In this document: positions 39,301 to 47,720 of the stretch, piece by piece | Layout of the letters: each line of letters opens with the position of its first letter | Position numbering within the stretch: position 1 is the first letter of the stretch | Source of the DNA: Candidatus Altimarinota bacterium | GTDB taxonomy: Bacteria; Patescibacteriota; Gracilibacteria; UBA4473 | Length of the DNA stretch: 64,000 bases | Reading direction: 5' to 3' | Assembly: GCA_965231215.1 (NCBI GenBank) | Contig: OZ246423.1 | Coordinates: forward strand, 544,001 to 608,000 | Position numbers and translations under genes: made by a program | Notes under the pieces: generated by a model | What the model saw: only the letters and a program-made list of their open reading frames with translations | The model's database searches: none | What the model was told of the DNA's origin: nothing

Positions 39301-40452
39301 CAAACAGGACACCTTTTTGGACACAAAACCAAAGAAGAGCACCTTCCATTTCCACAAATCAGAACCGGAATGTCTCAAATTGTTTTCCCCTTACCACAAA
39401 CCGAAAACGAGCTCGATAAGTGGATTCTTTCTGAAACCCAAACTCTCATCAAAGCCTATACCAAGGCCTTTGATGCCTACGACACAGAAAAAACCTGTCA
39501 CCTACTGCCCCCATTTATTGATAAACTCAATAACTGGTACCTCCGTCAGTCACGAGAACGGTTCTGGGGTGAGGGCCTGAGTGAAGACAAGCGTGGTGCG
39601 TATGAAACCCTCCATTACGTACTTTTAAATGTAAGTAAATTGATGGCCCCAATTATGCCATTCTTTGCCGATCACCTGTACCGAAACCTCACAAACGAAC
39701 CAAACAGATCTGTACACTTAGAATTCCTACCGCTGGCCAATGATCAATTGGTAGACAAAGATTTAGAAAAAAGAATCGATACTGCCAGGGAAATCGTAAA
39801 GTTATCTGCCGCTATCAGAGCCCGAAGCAAAATCAAACTTAGACAACCGCTAGGAAAACTACAATTTGCACTGAGCGAAGAGATCCAAGTAGACCCCTCT
39901 ATCATAGCTCGGGAAGCGAATGTAAAAGAAGTAGAAGTCCTCAAATCCACTGAAGGTGTCGCCGAAAAAATCATTAAAGTAGACGCCCGAAAAGTAGGCC
40001 CAAAGTTTGGTAAAAAAGTGCAAGAACTCATCCAAGCGGGTAAATCTGGAGACTTTGAAATACTCGAAAACGGAAAAGTTCAAGTCGCCGGAGAGATACT
40101 AGAAGCCGACGAATACGAAACCGCATTCATGTGTGAAGAAGGCTTAGAGGCCGATAGCACCCCCCAAGTAGTCGTCCTCCTCAATACTGAAATTACGCCT
40201 GAACTTGAACTCGAAGGACTAAGCCGGGAGTTTATCCGCGCTATCCAAGAACTTCGAAAATCCTCTGGATTTGAAGTCTCTGACCGAATTGAAATCACCT
40301 ATCAAACCTCCTCTGAAAAGCTACAAAAAATGATCAATAAATTCGCTGATCACATCGCTGGCGAAGTTCTCGCCAACAGTATTTCTGAAGGCCGTGGTGA
40401 TCAAGAGTATAACTTTGATGGAGCCCTTATTTCTATCTCTATTTTTAGATAA
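36355..40452 (+). CDS. ileS: Isoleucine--tRNA ligase (type 2) with in-frame GNAT and histidine-phosphatase insertions
   Basis: DGPPFATGTPHYGH, GWDCHG, WTTTPWT, DQTRGWFY, KMSKS; GNAT at about 38029-38511; RHG phosphatase at about 38887-39396; true start MNQKF. Confidence 0.96.
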   Translation: MNQKFFSTPDPKTSVDEVEQNILEFWNKKNIFQQSIDSRDPNKEFVFFDGPPFATGTPHYGHILAGTIKDAIPRYWTMKGYRVPRKWGWDCHGVPVEYGVEKEHGIKGKPEIEEMGVAKFNEMCRDVVLRYANEWEATVDRMGRFVDFKDDYKTMDPEFMESVWWVFKSLWDKGLIYEGHKVVAYSPKLGSPLSNFEANLNYQDIDDPAVTVKFELIDEVEVKPVHDKKTYILAWTTTPWTLPSNCGLGMGRDHEYILIEHEGEYFWIAEGAATRYFPEDFEVLARRKGSEFKGLRYRPLFDFFDDGSDPNRFQVIHDDGDYVSLQEGTGIVHFAPFFGAEDAELCAKYDIHGVNPINDDGYFTEAAPPLEGKYFREDSEVEGSKENNANMWVINALKESGLLFRRDQVRHSYPHCWRTDCALMYRGVTTWFVKVTDFKDDMMTQNQNINWTPEHIKNGRFGKILEGAPDWAISRNRYWGCPLPIWRCDKTGVIEVMGSKEDLEKKAGVSVSDLHRHFIDDLTWENPKTGGTMRRIEEVLDCWFESGSMPYASIHYPFCESGKYELQSAKSKEEKEKCWEFFVKMWKGEFGFEIDTPERKENFMEVSKTWYVEEDKKLLGSLELYWEKTNKCWNIGRIGVIKDERRTGIGTALMEAAETFLQQENQTETSLNGEQKSAGFYEKLGFEKISEFEPADKNPEVLAAKFTKKLSTINHQPTTFRTANFISEGMDQTRGWFYTLHVLGTALFGKNIFDNVICSGIVLAEDGQKMSKSKKNYPDPSLIFEKYGADSMRFYLLQSPVATKGESLKFIEREVEEVLKNTVLPLKNAYQFLSMYAEIDRWSPTKFTWMRHGEAMHNVNQTYAGKEENCKGLTDTGKAQAESLKEIVTDFDHLVASPLPRAQETATIVGEKFETDDRLREINFGNLEGTPWKPIPERLANDTTENLDETQTRAESIMHDLNKSHYGQHIGLVTHAALIRCAQTGHLFGHKTKEEHLPFPQIRTGMSQIVFPLPQTENELDKWILSETQTLIKAYTKAFDAYDTEKTCHLLPPFIDKLNNWYLRQSRERFWGEGLSEDKRGAYETLHYVLLNVSKLMAPIMPFFADHLYRNLTNEPNRSVHLEFLPLANDQLVDKDLEKRIDTAREIVKLSAAIRARSKIKLRQPLGKLQFALSEEIQVDPSIIAREANVKEVEVLKSTEGVAEKIIKVDARKVGPKFGKKVQELIQAGKSGDFEILENGKVQVAGEILEADEYETAFMCEEGLEADSTPQVVVLLNTEITPELELEGLSREFIRAIQELRKSSGFEVSDRIEITYQTSSEKLQKMINKFADHIAGEVLANSISEGRGDQEYNFDGALISISIFR
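38481..38510 (+). repeat. Degenerate heptamer tandem repeat at the 3' edge of the GNAT insert
   Basis: A-CTATCAA-CTATCAA-CCATCAA-CCAACCA-C. Confidence 0.6.
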
Positions 40453-40453
40453 C

Positions 40454-40861
40454 ATGAAGCCTAAAATTTCTGTTATCAGTCTCGGAGTAACCGATCTCCC
40501 AACCAGTATTAAATTCTACCAAAATTTAGGATTTGAACTGGCTCTAGAGGAAAATTTAGACAGTATCGCCTTCTTTAAATTATCAAATCAAGCCATGCTA
40601 CTAGGGCTTTATCCACGTGAAAAACTAGCGGAAGATGCCATGATTCCAAATGATGGAAATGGATTTCCTGGTTTTACTATCGCTCATAATGTGAAAGATG
40701 AAGCCACCGTTGATGCGGTGCTAAAAGAAGCCGAATCCTGTGGAGCTACCATCATTAAACCAGGGCAAAAAGTTTTTTGGGGGGGCTATTCTGGATACTT
40801 TAAAGACCTTGATGGCTTCCTCTGGGAAGTCGCTTTTAATCCTTATATGGATCTAACTTAA
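40454..40861 (+). CDS. VOC/glyoxalase family protein
   Basis: ISLGVTDL, FTIAHNV, FWGGYSGYFKDLDGFLWEVA. Confidence 0.9.
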   Translation: MKPKISVISLGVTDLPTSIKFYQNLGFELALEENLDSIAFFKLSNQAMLLGLYPREKLAEDAMIPNDGNGFPGFTIAHNVKDEATVDAVLKEAESCGATIIKPGQKVFWGGYSGYFKDLDGFLWEVAFNPYMDLT

Positions 40862-40865
40862 AAAT

Positions 40866-41309
40866 ATGTTTGAATCAGTTTTATGGGGCGTCAAAACTAT
40901 TGCTTGGTTCGACTTTTGGTCCATCGAGCATGTGCTCAGTGGAATATCGGCTGGAGACTCTGTAAAAAAACACCATGAACACAAGATCAAAAAACACAAA
41001 ACCGCCCTCCATCCCAAAATTCATTTTCACTTAGACGTTGTAGCCGTGCTTTTTTTAGCCTATCTCTGGGAAGCTATAGAACATTACTTAGAAGTAGGCG
41101 TAGCAGGAAAAGCGGTAGAACAGTGGTTTTACGGCGTAGAATTTTGGGGGAATAGACTTATTACTGACCCGCTACTAGTTGTAGGAGGCTATTTAATTGC
41201 CAAGCACTTTCCGGTCTGTGTCTGGCCTGCCAGAATTCTTTCTGTAACCTGGCTGTTTATACATATTTTCGTCTTCCCCCACTCAATGTACCTTCACGAA
41301 ATTTTCTAA
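40866..41309 (+). CDS. Small membrane protein with a putative metal-binding H/E/D motif
   Basis: DFWSIEH, LWEAIEH, EFWGNRLITD. Confidence 0.65.
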   Translation: MFESVLWGVKTIAWFDFWSIEHVLSGISAGDSVKKHHEHKIKKHKTALHPKIHFHLDVVAVLFLAYLWEAIEHYLEVGVAGKAVEQWFYGVEFWGNRLITDPLLVVGGYLIAKHFPVCVWPARILSVTWLFIHIFVFPHSMYLHEIF

Positions 41310-41311
41310 CA

Positions 41312-41815
41312 ATGAGCGTCTATCAAGCACTACAACAATTTTTTAAAACTCATAAATTAGAATATGAGGAACTAAACCATGATCCATTTTTTTCCGCCAC
41401 TCAAGGAGAACAGTATTGTGAAAGTCACGGATTCCCCATCCCAAAAAATTTGGTTATGACCAATAAAACCCAAGACCAGTTTTGGATGATTACCGTCTGT
41501 GGAAATAAACGAACCGACCTTAATAAAATCAAAAAGAGGCTAGAAATATCTGGATCAAAATTTGTTTTTGCACCACCAGAATTTTTAGCAAAATTTTTGC
41601 GAGTTACCCCTGGATCTGCCTCTCCTTTTGGACTTCTTTTTGATACGGAAAAAAAGGTTCAACACTTTTTGGATCAAGATTTTAAAAAAGCTCAATATTA
41701 TGGATTTCACCCAAACCAAAATACGAAAACCTGGAAAATTTCACCAGATACATTTACACATTTTTTCGATTCAATTGATCGAAAAGTTCAATACTTAGAA
41801 ATTCCTGAAAAATAA
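41312..41815 (+). CDS. YbaK/ProXp (PrdX-like) aminoacyl-tRNA deacylase
   Basis: H-x-P, KNL, VTPGSASPFGL, FHPNQNTKT. Confidence 0.85.
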   Translation: MSVYQALQQFFKTHKLEYEELNHDPFFSATQGEQYCESHGFPIPKNLVMTNKTQDQFWMITVCGNKRTDLNKIKKRLEISGSKFVFAPPEFLAKFLRVTPGSASPFGLLFDTEKKVQHFLDQDFKKAQYYGFHPNQNTKTWKISPDTFTHFFDSIDRKVQYLEIPEK

Positions 41816-41817
41816 AC

Positions 41818-43068
41818 ATGTCTAAATTTCATCAAAACGTTCAAGCCGTCCGTCAAAATCTGAGAAATCTTTTCCCAGAAACTCCGCTGCAGTACAACCA
41901 CTTTTTATCCAAACGTTATAAGGCCAAAATTTATCTCAAACGTGAAGACCTGAGCCCTGTACGAAGTTACAAAATTAGGGGGGCTTTCAACCTGATCTCT
42001 TCAAGGCTGGAAAAAGGGACAAAAGACCAAAAATTTGTGTGTGCTTCAGCCGGAAATCACGCCCAAGGATTTGCCTTTGTCTGTCATCATTTTAAAGTGC
42101 CAGGAACGGTCTTTATGCCTATTACTACACCAGAACAAAAGATTAAAAAAACCAAAGTTTTTGGAGGGAAATACATAAGCATTGAACTCATTGGAGACAC
42201 TTTTGATGAAGCCTACAGTGCCGCACAAAAATTTTGTAACGCGCACAAAGCTTCAATGATTCCGCCCTTTGATCATCCTAAAATTATAGAAGGACAAGCC
42301 ACCGTTGCGGCCGAAATCATAGACCAAATACCAGAAAAACAGATAGATATACTCATCATGCCTGTTGGCGGTGGAGGGCTTTCGGCTGGATGTACTAAAT
42401 TTTTTAAAACTGAAAGTCCAAAAACCAAGCTTTTTTGCTGTGAACCACTCGAAGCCCCAAGTCTGTTTGAAAGCCTCAAGGCAAAAAAGAGAATAACACT
42501 AAAATCTATGAGTACTTTTGTGGATGGAGCCGCCGTAGCACTCGTTGGGGAACACAATTTCAAAATCCTGAAAGAACATATTAAAAACACAGTATTGCTC
42601 ATACCTGAAAACAGGCTTTGTGCGACACTCTTAGAATGCTTAAACCACGAAGGATTTGTACTAGAACCAGCTGGCGCTCTAGCCATAGACGCCCTAAAAA
42701 ACTTTAAACCAGCACAGCTCAAAGACAAAACTATCGTCTGTGTAGCCTCTGGTGGGAACTTTGATTTTGAGAGACTCCCAGAAGTAAAAGAAAGGGCTAT
42801 GCGATACACAGGAGTAAAAAAATACTTTATCCTACGCCTCCCCCAAAGACCTGGCGCTTTAAGAGAGTTTTTAAATATTCTCGGTCCAGATGACGATATT
42901 GCGCGGTTTGAATATCTCAAAAAATCAACCAACTTTGGCTCCGTTCTTTTAGGTATTGAGACCAGTAAACCAGAGAACTTTCAACAACTCTTAAAAAAAA
43001 TGGAACAGAAGGGATTTACCTTTCAAGATGTAACCGACGACGAACTTTTGGCAGGGTTTTTAATATAA
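41818..43068 (+). CDS. ilvA: Threonine ammonia-lyase (biosynthetic short form, one C-terminal regulatory domain)
   Basis: LKREDLSPVRSYKIRGA, ASAGNHAQG, PVGGGGL, TFVDGAAV, SGGNFD, PQRPGALREF. Confidence 0.95.
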   Translation: MSKFHQNVQAVRQNLRNLFPETPLQYNHFLSKRYKAKIYLKREDLSPVRSYKIRGAFNLISSRLEKGTKDQKFVCASAGNHAQGFAFVCHHFKVPGTVFMPITTPEQKIKKTKVFGGKYISIELIGDTFDEAYSAAQKFCNAHKASMIPPFDHPKIIEGQATVAAEIIDQIPEKQIDILIMPVGGGGLSAGCTKFFKTESPKTKLFCCEPLEAPSLFESLKAKKRITLKSMSTFVDGAAVALVGEHNFKILKEHIKNTVLLIPENRLCATLLECLNHEGFVLEPAGALAIDALKNFKPAQLKDKTIVCVASGGNFDFERLPEVKERAMRYTGVKKYFILRLPQRPGALREFLNILGPDDDIARFEYLKKSTNFGSVLLGIETSKPENFQQLLKKMEQKGFTFQDVTDDELLAGFLI

Positions 43069-43209
43069 ATGTGTCACAAAAATGAACTTTCTGAGTTCCT
43101 TCTTAAAAGAGAAAAGTTTAAAAATCCCTATTTTATGGGACAAAAGTTTGACAAGAGGCCTTAATTTTTACAAAATTTTCTCGAACAATTCTTAACCCAC
43201 AAAGGAATC

Positions 43210-43638
43210 ATGAAAAAAACTGTTCTAATGGCGGCTTTGCTTGCAGCCCCAACTATTACTTTTGCAGGCGGTGGAGGTCACATGGGATACCAAGATATGA
43301 TGGACCGAGCCATGAATCATTCTAACGTAGCTCCAGCTGCAGCTAATGAATTTGGAAGCTCTGAAGATCCAGCTAGTATCGTTGAATCTCGACAAATAAG
43401 CGGATCTGAAAACGAAAACTACGTTCGATACAGCTTCTCTTTCATCCCCCAAAGTTACTGGGAAGAAGTTTCAGGATATGATCTTAGCGACGTAAACGGT
43501 CTAATTGAACTCGAAGAATATCTAGGAGAAACTCGACGTGAAGTATTCACTCCAGGAGAAGACCTCAACCGTGAAGATGATCGTCAAGAACGAGCTAAAA
43601 ACAAAGCTCTCAGACTGAGATCTATTACTGGAAACTAA
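43210..43638 (+). CDS. Secreted hypothetical protein
   Basis: Signal peptide MKKTVLMAALLAAPTITFA; AAGGA upstream; own terminator. Confidence 0.7.
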   Translation: MKKTVLMAALLAAPTITFAGGGGHMGYQDMMDRAMNHSNVAPAAANEFGSSEDPASIVESRQISGSENENYVRYSFSFIPQSYWEEVSGYDLSDVNGLIELEEYLGETRREVFTPGEDLNREDDRQERAKNKALRLRSITGN

Positions 43639-43660
43639 TTTTAGAATTTTTATTCCACGC

Positions 43661-43690
43661 AAAAAAGTCCGGCTCTGTGCCGGCTTTTTT
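43661..43690. terminator. Bidirectional intrinsic terminator
   Basis: AAAAAAGTCCGGC-TCTGT-GCCGGCTTTTTT. Confidence 0.7.
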
Positions 43691-43877
43691 GTATTTAGAG
43701 ATCTAAACAAAGTTTATTGGTTCTCCGGCTAAGCTGCTCCCGCTCTTCAATGCTCCAAAATTCATACGATTTCAAATTGCCCCTTAACAAAGGGTTCTGG
43801 TCTGGCTGCTCAATGCCCATCTAATTTTAAAACAGGCCCATTAGACGAGGTTGCTAAGGCACATTTGAAGCTCTATA

Positions 43878-45149
43878 TTAACTTTCTTTACGTCGTACCT
43901 GAGGACGATCTAATTGCCAATTTACGAGCTTTTGCTGTCCAATACCAAACACCGTAGAAGTTAGCCAGTAAATCCCTACAGCGGCCGGGAAAGTAGCTGT
44001 AAACACGGCAATCATAACCGGCAATACCCACAGCATCATCTTTTGCATCTGTTCCATTTGCTCCATCATGCTTGGAGCTTTATCTTTTTTGTCTTTCTTT
44101 TTCTTTGGTACGTCTGATTTTTTAGCCGCCATCATAGAAAGCTTTATCGCTGCAAATTGAGCCACCCCCACCAACACCGGAAGCACATAAAGATTTGGAA
44201 CTTCTAGATTTAATCCAAAAAACTCCGTATCCACCGTAGAAAGATCAAAACCTTGTTGAAAAGAGTACAGCAAGAAATTTAGATGCGGAGACATCCCATC
44301 CTTCACCACTAAGTAAAGGCCAATCAAAAATGGCATTTGAGCCAACATAGGAAGACAAGAGCTCATAGGACTTACTTTTTGAGCTTTATAGAACTCCATA
44401 GTCTTGAGCGCCAACATTTGCTGATTTTTTTCATATTTCTTACGCAAGGCTTCTACCTGAGGTTGCAACTTTTGTAATTTCCTTTGAGATCCCATAGCTT
44501 TTTGATTTGGGAAAAACAAAATAACTCGAACGATAAGCGTTAAAAGCACCACCGCCCACCCAAGAGGATGCCCAGGCAAGACGTTGATTAAAGCTACAAG
44601 TGAATTAAACAAAGGTTCGGTCACTAAAAACCTAAAAAGCTTTCTAAAAAAGCCCGGCCCTGAAAGTTCAAAGTTATCTGTTTCTACCAGCAAAGTTTCA
44701 TCGGTTCCCGACGCTTTTAGCTTTAACCCTATTTTGTAGCTTCCTGGTTCACCAAATACCGAATAATTAAAAGAAGGAAAGTTTAAATAGTGTTTGGTCT
44801 GAGGCGGTAGTTCAAAACTTTTAAGCACGGCTCTATCTTTCCCTGTACATCCAGGAATATCCATGGGCAGACTTTGCCCTCCTAAAACGCCCGAAACCTT
44901 AAAAGAATCAGGATTATCACAGACCGATTCCCACGTGAAAGTTTTATTCGTGAAGTTAGCTAACTCTAGCTGCATTAAGCGTCCTACCACTGGAGTATCA
45001 TCCAACAATTTAAGCTGAACTTCATTTATTTCGGTCTGCGCTTTTTCTTTCTCCCCTGTAAAGTAAGAGTATCCCCAGAAAGCAAGATAGAAAACCGCAA
45101 ACCAGACAAGAAAACTTTTTAAAAATTCGAGTGTTTTTTTACTATCCAT
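43878..45149 (-). CDS. yidC: Membrane protein insertase YidC
   Basis: LGWAVVLLTLIVR, LQP, SCLPMLAQMPFLIGLY, PAAVGIYW. Confidence 0.93.
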   Translation of the reverse strand: MDSKKTLEFLKSFLVWFAVFYLAFWGYSYFTGEKEKAQTEINEVQLKLLDDTPVVGRLMQLELANFTNKTFTWESVCDNPDSFKVSGVLGGQSLPMDIPGCTGKDRAVLKSFELPPQTKHYLNFPSFNYSVFGEPGSYKIGLKLKASGTDETLLVETDNFELSGPGFFRKLFRFLVTEPLFNSLVALINVLPGHPLGWAVVLLTLIVRVILFFPNQKAMGSQRKLQKLQPQVEALRKKYEKNQQMLALKTMEFYKAQKVSPMSSCLPMLAQMPFLIGLYLVVKDGMSPHLNFLLYSFQQGFDLSTVDTEFFGLNLEVPNLYVLPVLVGVAQFAAIKLSMMAAKKSDVPKKKKDKKDKAPSMMEQMEQMQKMMLWVLPVMIAVFTATFPAAVGIYWLTSTVFGIGQQKLVNWQLDRPQVRRKES

Positions 45150-45153
45150 AAGC

Positions 45154-45495
45154 TTAAGCTTTAGTTTTTTGAGCTATAAATTGAAGAAATTTAGCAGAAG
45201 CCACTTCAATACCTGTGATATTTTTAGGAATTGCTTGTCCCTTGTAAAGACAAATACAAAAAATAGGATCAGCCAGCCCAATAATTTGTGATCCAAGTCT
45301 ATCATAGACCTCTCTACGAAAACCATTACGCTTTACCGCACTTTTCTCTACTTTTTTACTAATTACTACCGCTAACTTAGAATTGACTTTCCCAGGCGCA
45401 TATAAAAAGATAAAGTCTCCAGCCTTAAATTTTTTCATTTTTTTCCGGATTGAATCAAATTCTCTACGAGTAAATCGGTATTTTTTAGCAATCAT
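45154..45495 (-). CDS. rnpA: Ribonuclease P protein component
   Basis: VVISKKVEKSAVKRN; lies between rpmH and yidC. Confidence 0.9.
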   Translation of the reverse strand: MIAKKYRFTRREFDSIRKKMKKFKAGDFIFLYAPGKVNSKLAVVISKKVEKSAVKRNGFRREVYDRLGSQIIGLADPIFCICLYKGQAIPKNITGIEVASAKFLQFIAQKTKA

Positions 45496-45520
45496 TTGGT
45501 GAAAGTATACCTAAAAAAAC

Positions 45521-45549
45521 AAAAAGCCGCCCCTTCGGGGACAGCTCTT
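45521..45549 (-). terminator. Terminator between rpmH and rnpA
   Basis: Minus strand AGCTGTCCCC-GAA-GGGGCGGCT-TTTT. Confidence 0.6.
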
Positions 45550-45572
45550 CTATAAAAAATAGTTGGAACAAA

Positions 45573-45725
45573 CTATTTCCAAGAATTTTCTTTAGATTCA
45601 ACACTAAGCTGAGCTCTTCCCTTGGCTCTGCGTCGAGCAATAACAGCTCTTCCGCTTTTAGTAGCCATTCGAGCTCTAAACCCGTGAGTTCTTAATCGTT
45701 TCCGCCATCTTCTTTTTGCAAGCAT
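45573..45725 (-). CDS. rpmH: 50S ribosomal protein bL34, 50 aa (not in the ORF track)
   Basis: [50 protein letters not shown]. Confidence 0.97.
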   Translation of the reverse strand: MLAKRRWRKRLRTHGFRARMATKSGRAVIARRRAKGRAQLSVESKENSWK

Positions 45726-45875
45726 GATTTAGTCGAAAAAATGCCGCGCGAATGTATTTAAATTTCAAAGCCTTGTCAACAAAATAAATCGTAGAGGACT
45801 CTTTGCTCTGAAAAGTATTTCAAAAAAAATTTACAGCTGACAAAGAAATTTAAAGTTTTTGGAGCTTTTTACTTT

Positions 45876-46520
45876 TTAATCAAAAGAACGCTCTAGCACA
45901 TCAAACGCCAATTGAATATCAACCTTATCGATATAAATGGTAAACTCCGAATAGGTCGAAGCTGCCTCAATAACATTAATATTCTGCAAGGCCAAAGCGC
46001 GCAATACGGAGTACAAAAACCCGGCCTGGGTCGCATAGCTCTTTGGATACTTAATAACCAGCGCTGCAATAGTGTCATTCTCATATTTAGGAAGTTCTTT
46101 TATATATTTCCCAAGCAGCTCTCTCCCTAACCGTTGCTCAAACACAATCGTGTATTCATTCATGCCTTCCATAAACCCAAAGTAACCATTCCGCTCTCTG
46201 ATAGCCTGATGAAAGGCATCTATTTCTTTCTCTGTGTTATCGTTTTTATAAAACGTCATCGTCACCAAATTCGACTGTATAGTGATATTTTCGATCACCA
46301 TTTCTTGAAATTTTTTCCTTTTAAACTGTCTTTGCCGCTGTAATCGAGACAGATTCATTAAAATAGCCGATGATTTGACCGGTTTTTGCAACCTGACTTC
46401 TACCATAGGCTGTAAAAACTTGGCTAACTGACTCAAATTAAAAAGCCCATTCCCAAGCCCAAAGCTTAAATGAGTATTTTCAGAAACAATCTCCTTAACA
46501 ACTTCTGATATTTTAATCAT
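45876..46520 (-). CDS. HTH plus ACT-domain putative amino-acid-sensing regulator (aspartate-kinase regulatory-like)
   Basis: NLSQLAKFL, AILMNLSR, LALQNINVIEAASTYSE. Confidence 0.7.
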   Translation of the reverse strand: MIKISEVVKEIVSENTHLSFGLGNGLFNLSQLAKFLQPMVEVRLQKPVKSSAILMNLSRLQRQRQFKRKKFQEMVIENITIQSNLVTMTFYKNDNTEKEIDAFHQAIRERNGYFGFMEGMNEYTIVFEQRLGRELLGKYIKELPKYENDTIAALVIKYPKSYATQAGFLYSVLRALALQNINVIEAASTYSEFTIYIDKVDIQLAFDVLERSFD

Positions 46521-46744
46521 GGTTCAACGCATAAAAACATGCAAAAAGTATATTAAAAACAAAAAATTAACAAAAAAGTTTAAATAATTAATAAAATTAA
46601 GATTTTAATTATAAATATAACGAAACAAGGCCAAAGGCCTCAAAAACATAAATTAACGCACTTTTTCATACTTTTTTCTATCCAAATTTCAAAACCTTAA
46701 AAAAGGGGATATAAAGGTAAACAGTACTCATTAATTTCCTAAAA

Positions 46745-46930
46745 ATGGCTCAAACCACAAAAGCTCCACCAAATGCCACGGAAACCAGTCGAGAAATTCT
46801 AAGATACTATGAATTACTCGAAGTAGAGTTAGAAAAAAAAGGGTTGGAAGTTCCAAGCATTCCGCTGTGCCCCCCTGGTCAGCTCCTTTTAAAGCTTCAG
46901 GGAATGCTCCACGAACTCAAAAGCGTTTAA
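46745..46930 (+). CDS. Small hypothetical protein
   Basis: 61 aa with ATG after an AT-rich promoter region. Confidence 0.45.
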   Translation: MAQTTKAPPNATETSREILRYYELLEVELEKKGLEVPSIPLCPPGQLLLKLQGMLHELKSV

Positions 46931-46973
46931 CGGCTTCACAAAAACAAAAATCAACGCTAAGATGCGGCCACTT

Positions 46974-47705
46974 ATGTGGCCACACAAAATCGAACATTGG
47001 CTCAAAAATCAAAGTCTTCCACAAAGACTCATACTCTCTGGCGGAAGGGGAGTTTTTGATATGGCTATCAATATGGCTGCGGAGTTAAATCAAACCCAAA
47101 AAGAAAAGATTGAAGCCGGCATAGAAGCCGACATTTTATGCTTAAAAGATAACGGTGAGAGTTTTCGCATAGGCCAAGAACAAAACCCAGAACCAAACAG
47201 TGCCAGAGGATTAATAGAATGGGCCAATAAAACCCCGGTAGCCGCCTACCGAATTGTTATTTTAGAAAACTTTGAAAGGGCTTCCCGGGAAGCTCCTCAA
47301 ACCCTCCTTAAAACCCTCGAAGAGCCACCGCCAAAAGCTGTTTTTGTTTTTACTACCCACAACCATCATCAAATCCTGCCCACGATTCTTTCACGAATGA
47401 CAACCGTAGTAATTCCCACCAATTTTGATGAATTTAGTCTTATCCCAGAGGTAAAAATATTTTTAGAAAGTCATGATTTAATGAAAAAATTTCATATTAT
47501 TGAGGCCCTCGACAAAGCCGTTAAAAAAAACAAGAACAAGAAAGAGCTTCTTGATTTTTTAGAAAATTTGATCCTCCATGCTCGCTATTTTCCTCAATAC
47601 CAAGGGGCACTAGAAGCCATATTCCAAGCCCAAAAGGATGTACTCAACAACCTAAACCCACGCCTTACACTAGAACACCTTGCTTTAAACCTAAACCAGA
47701 GGTAG
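46974..47705 (+). CDS. holB: DNA polymerase III delta-prime-like subunit
   Basis: QTLLKTLEEPP, ILPTILSR; adjacent to a PSP1 gene. Confidence 0.8.
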   Translation: MWPHKIEHWLKNQSLPQRLILSGGRGVFDMAINMAAELNQTQKEKIEAGIEADILCLKDNGESFRIGQEQNPEPNSARGLIEWANKTPVAAYRIVILENFERASREAPQTLLKTLEEPPPKAVFVFTTHNHHQILPTILSRMTTVVIPTNFDEFSLIPEVKIFLESHDLMKKFHIIEALDKAVKKNKNKKELLDFLENLILHARYFPQYQGALEAIFQAQKDVLNNLNPRLTLEHLALNLNQR

Positions 47706-47720
47706 AGTGAAAACTGAAAA

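Noticed and set aside
43695-43820. 41-aa ORF downstream of yidC (MGIEQPDQ...)
   Set aside because: No motif or other support; could be real but cannot be justified from sequence alone.
45726-46744. Replication origin near rpmH and the AT-rich spacer
   Set aside because: No cluster of TTATCCACA-like DnaA boxes and no dnaA gene.
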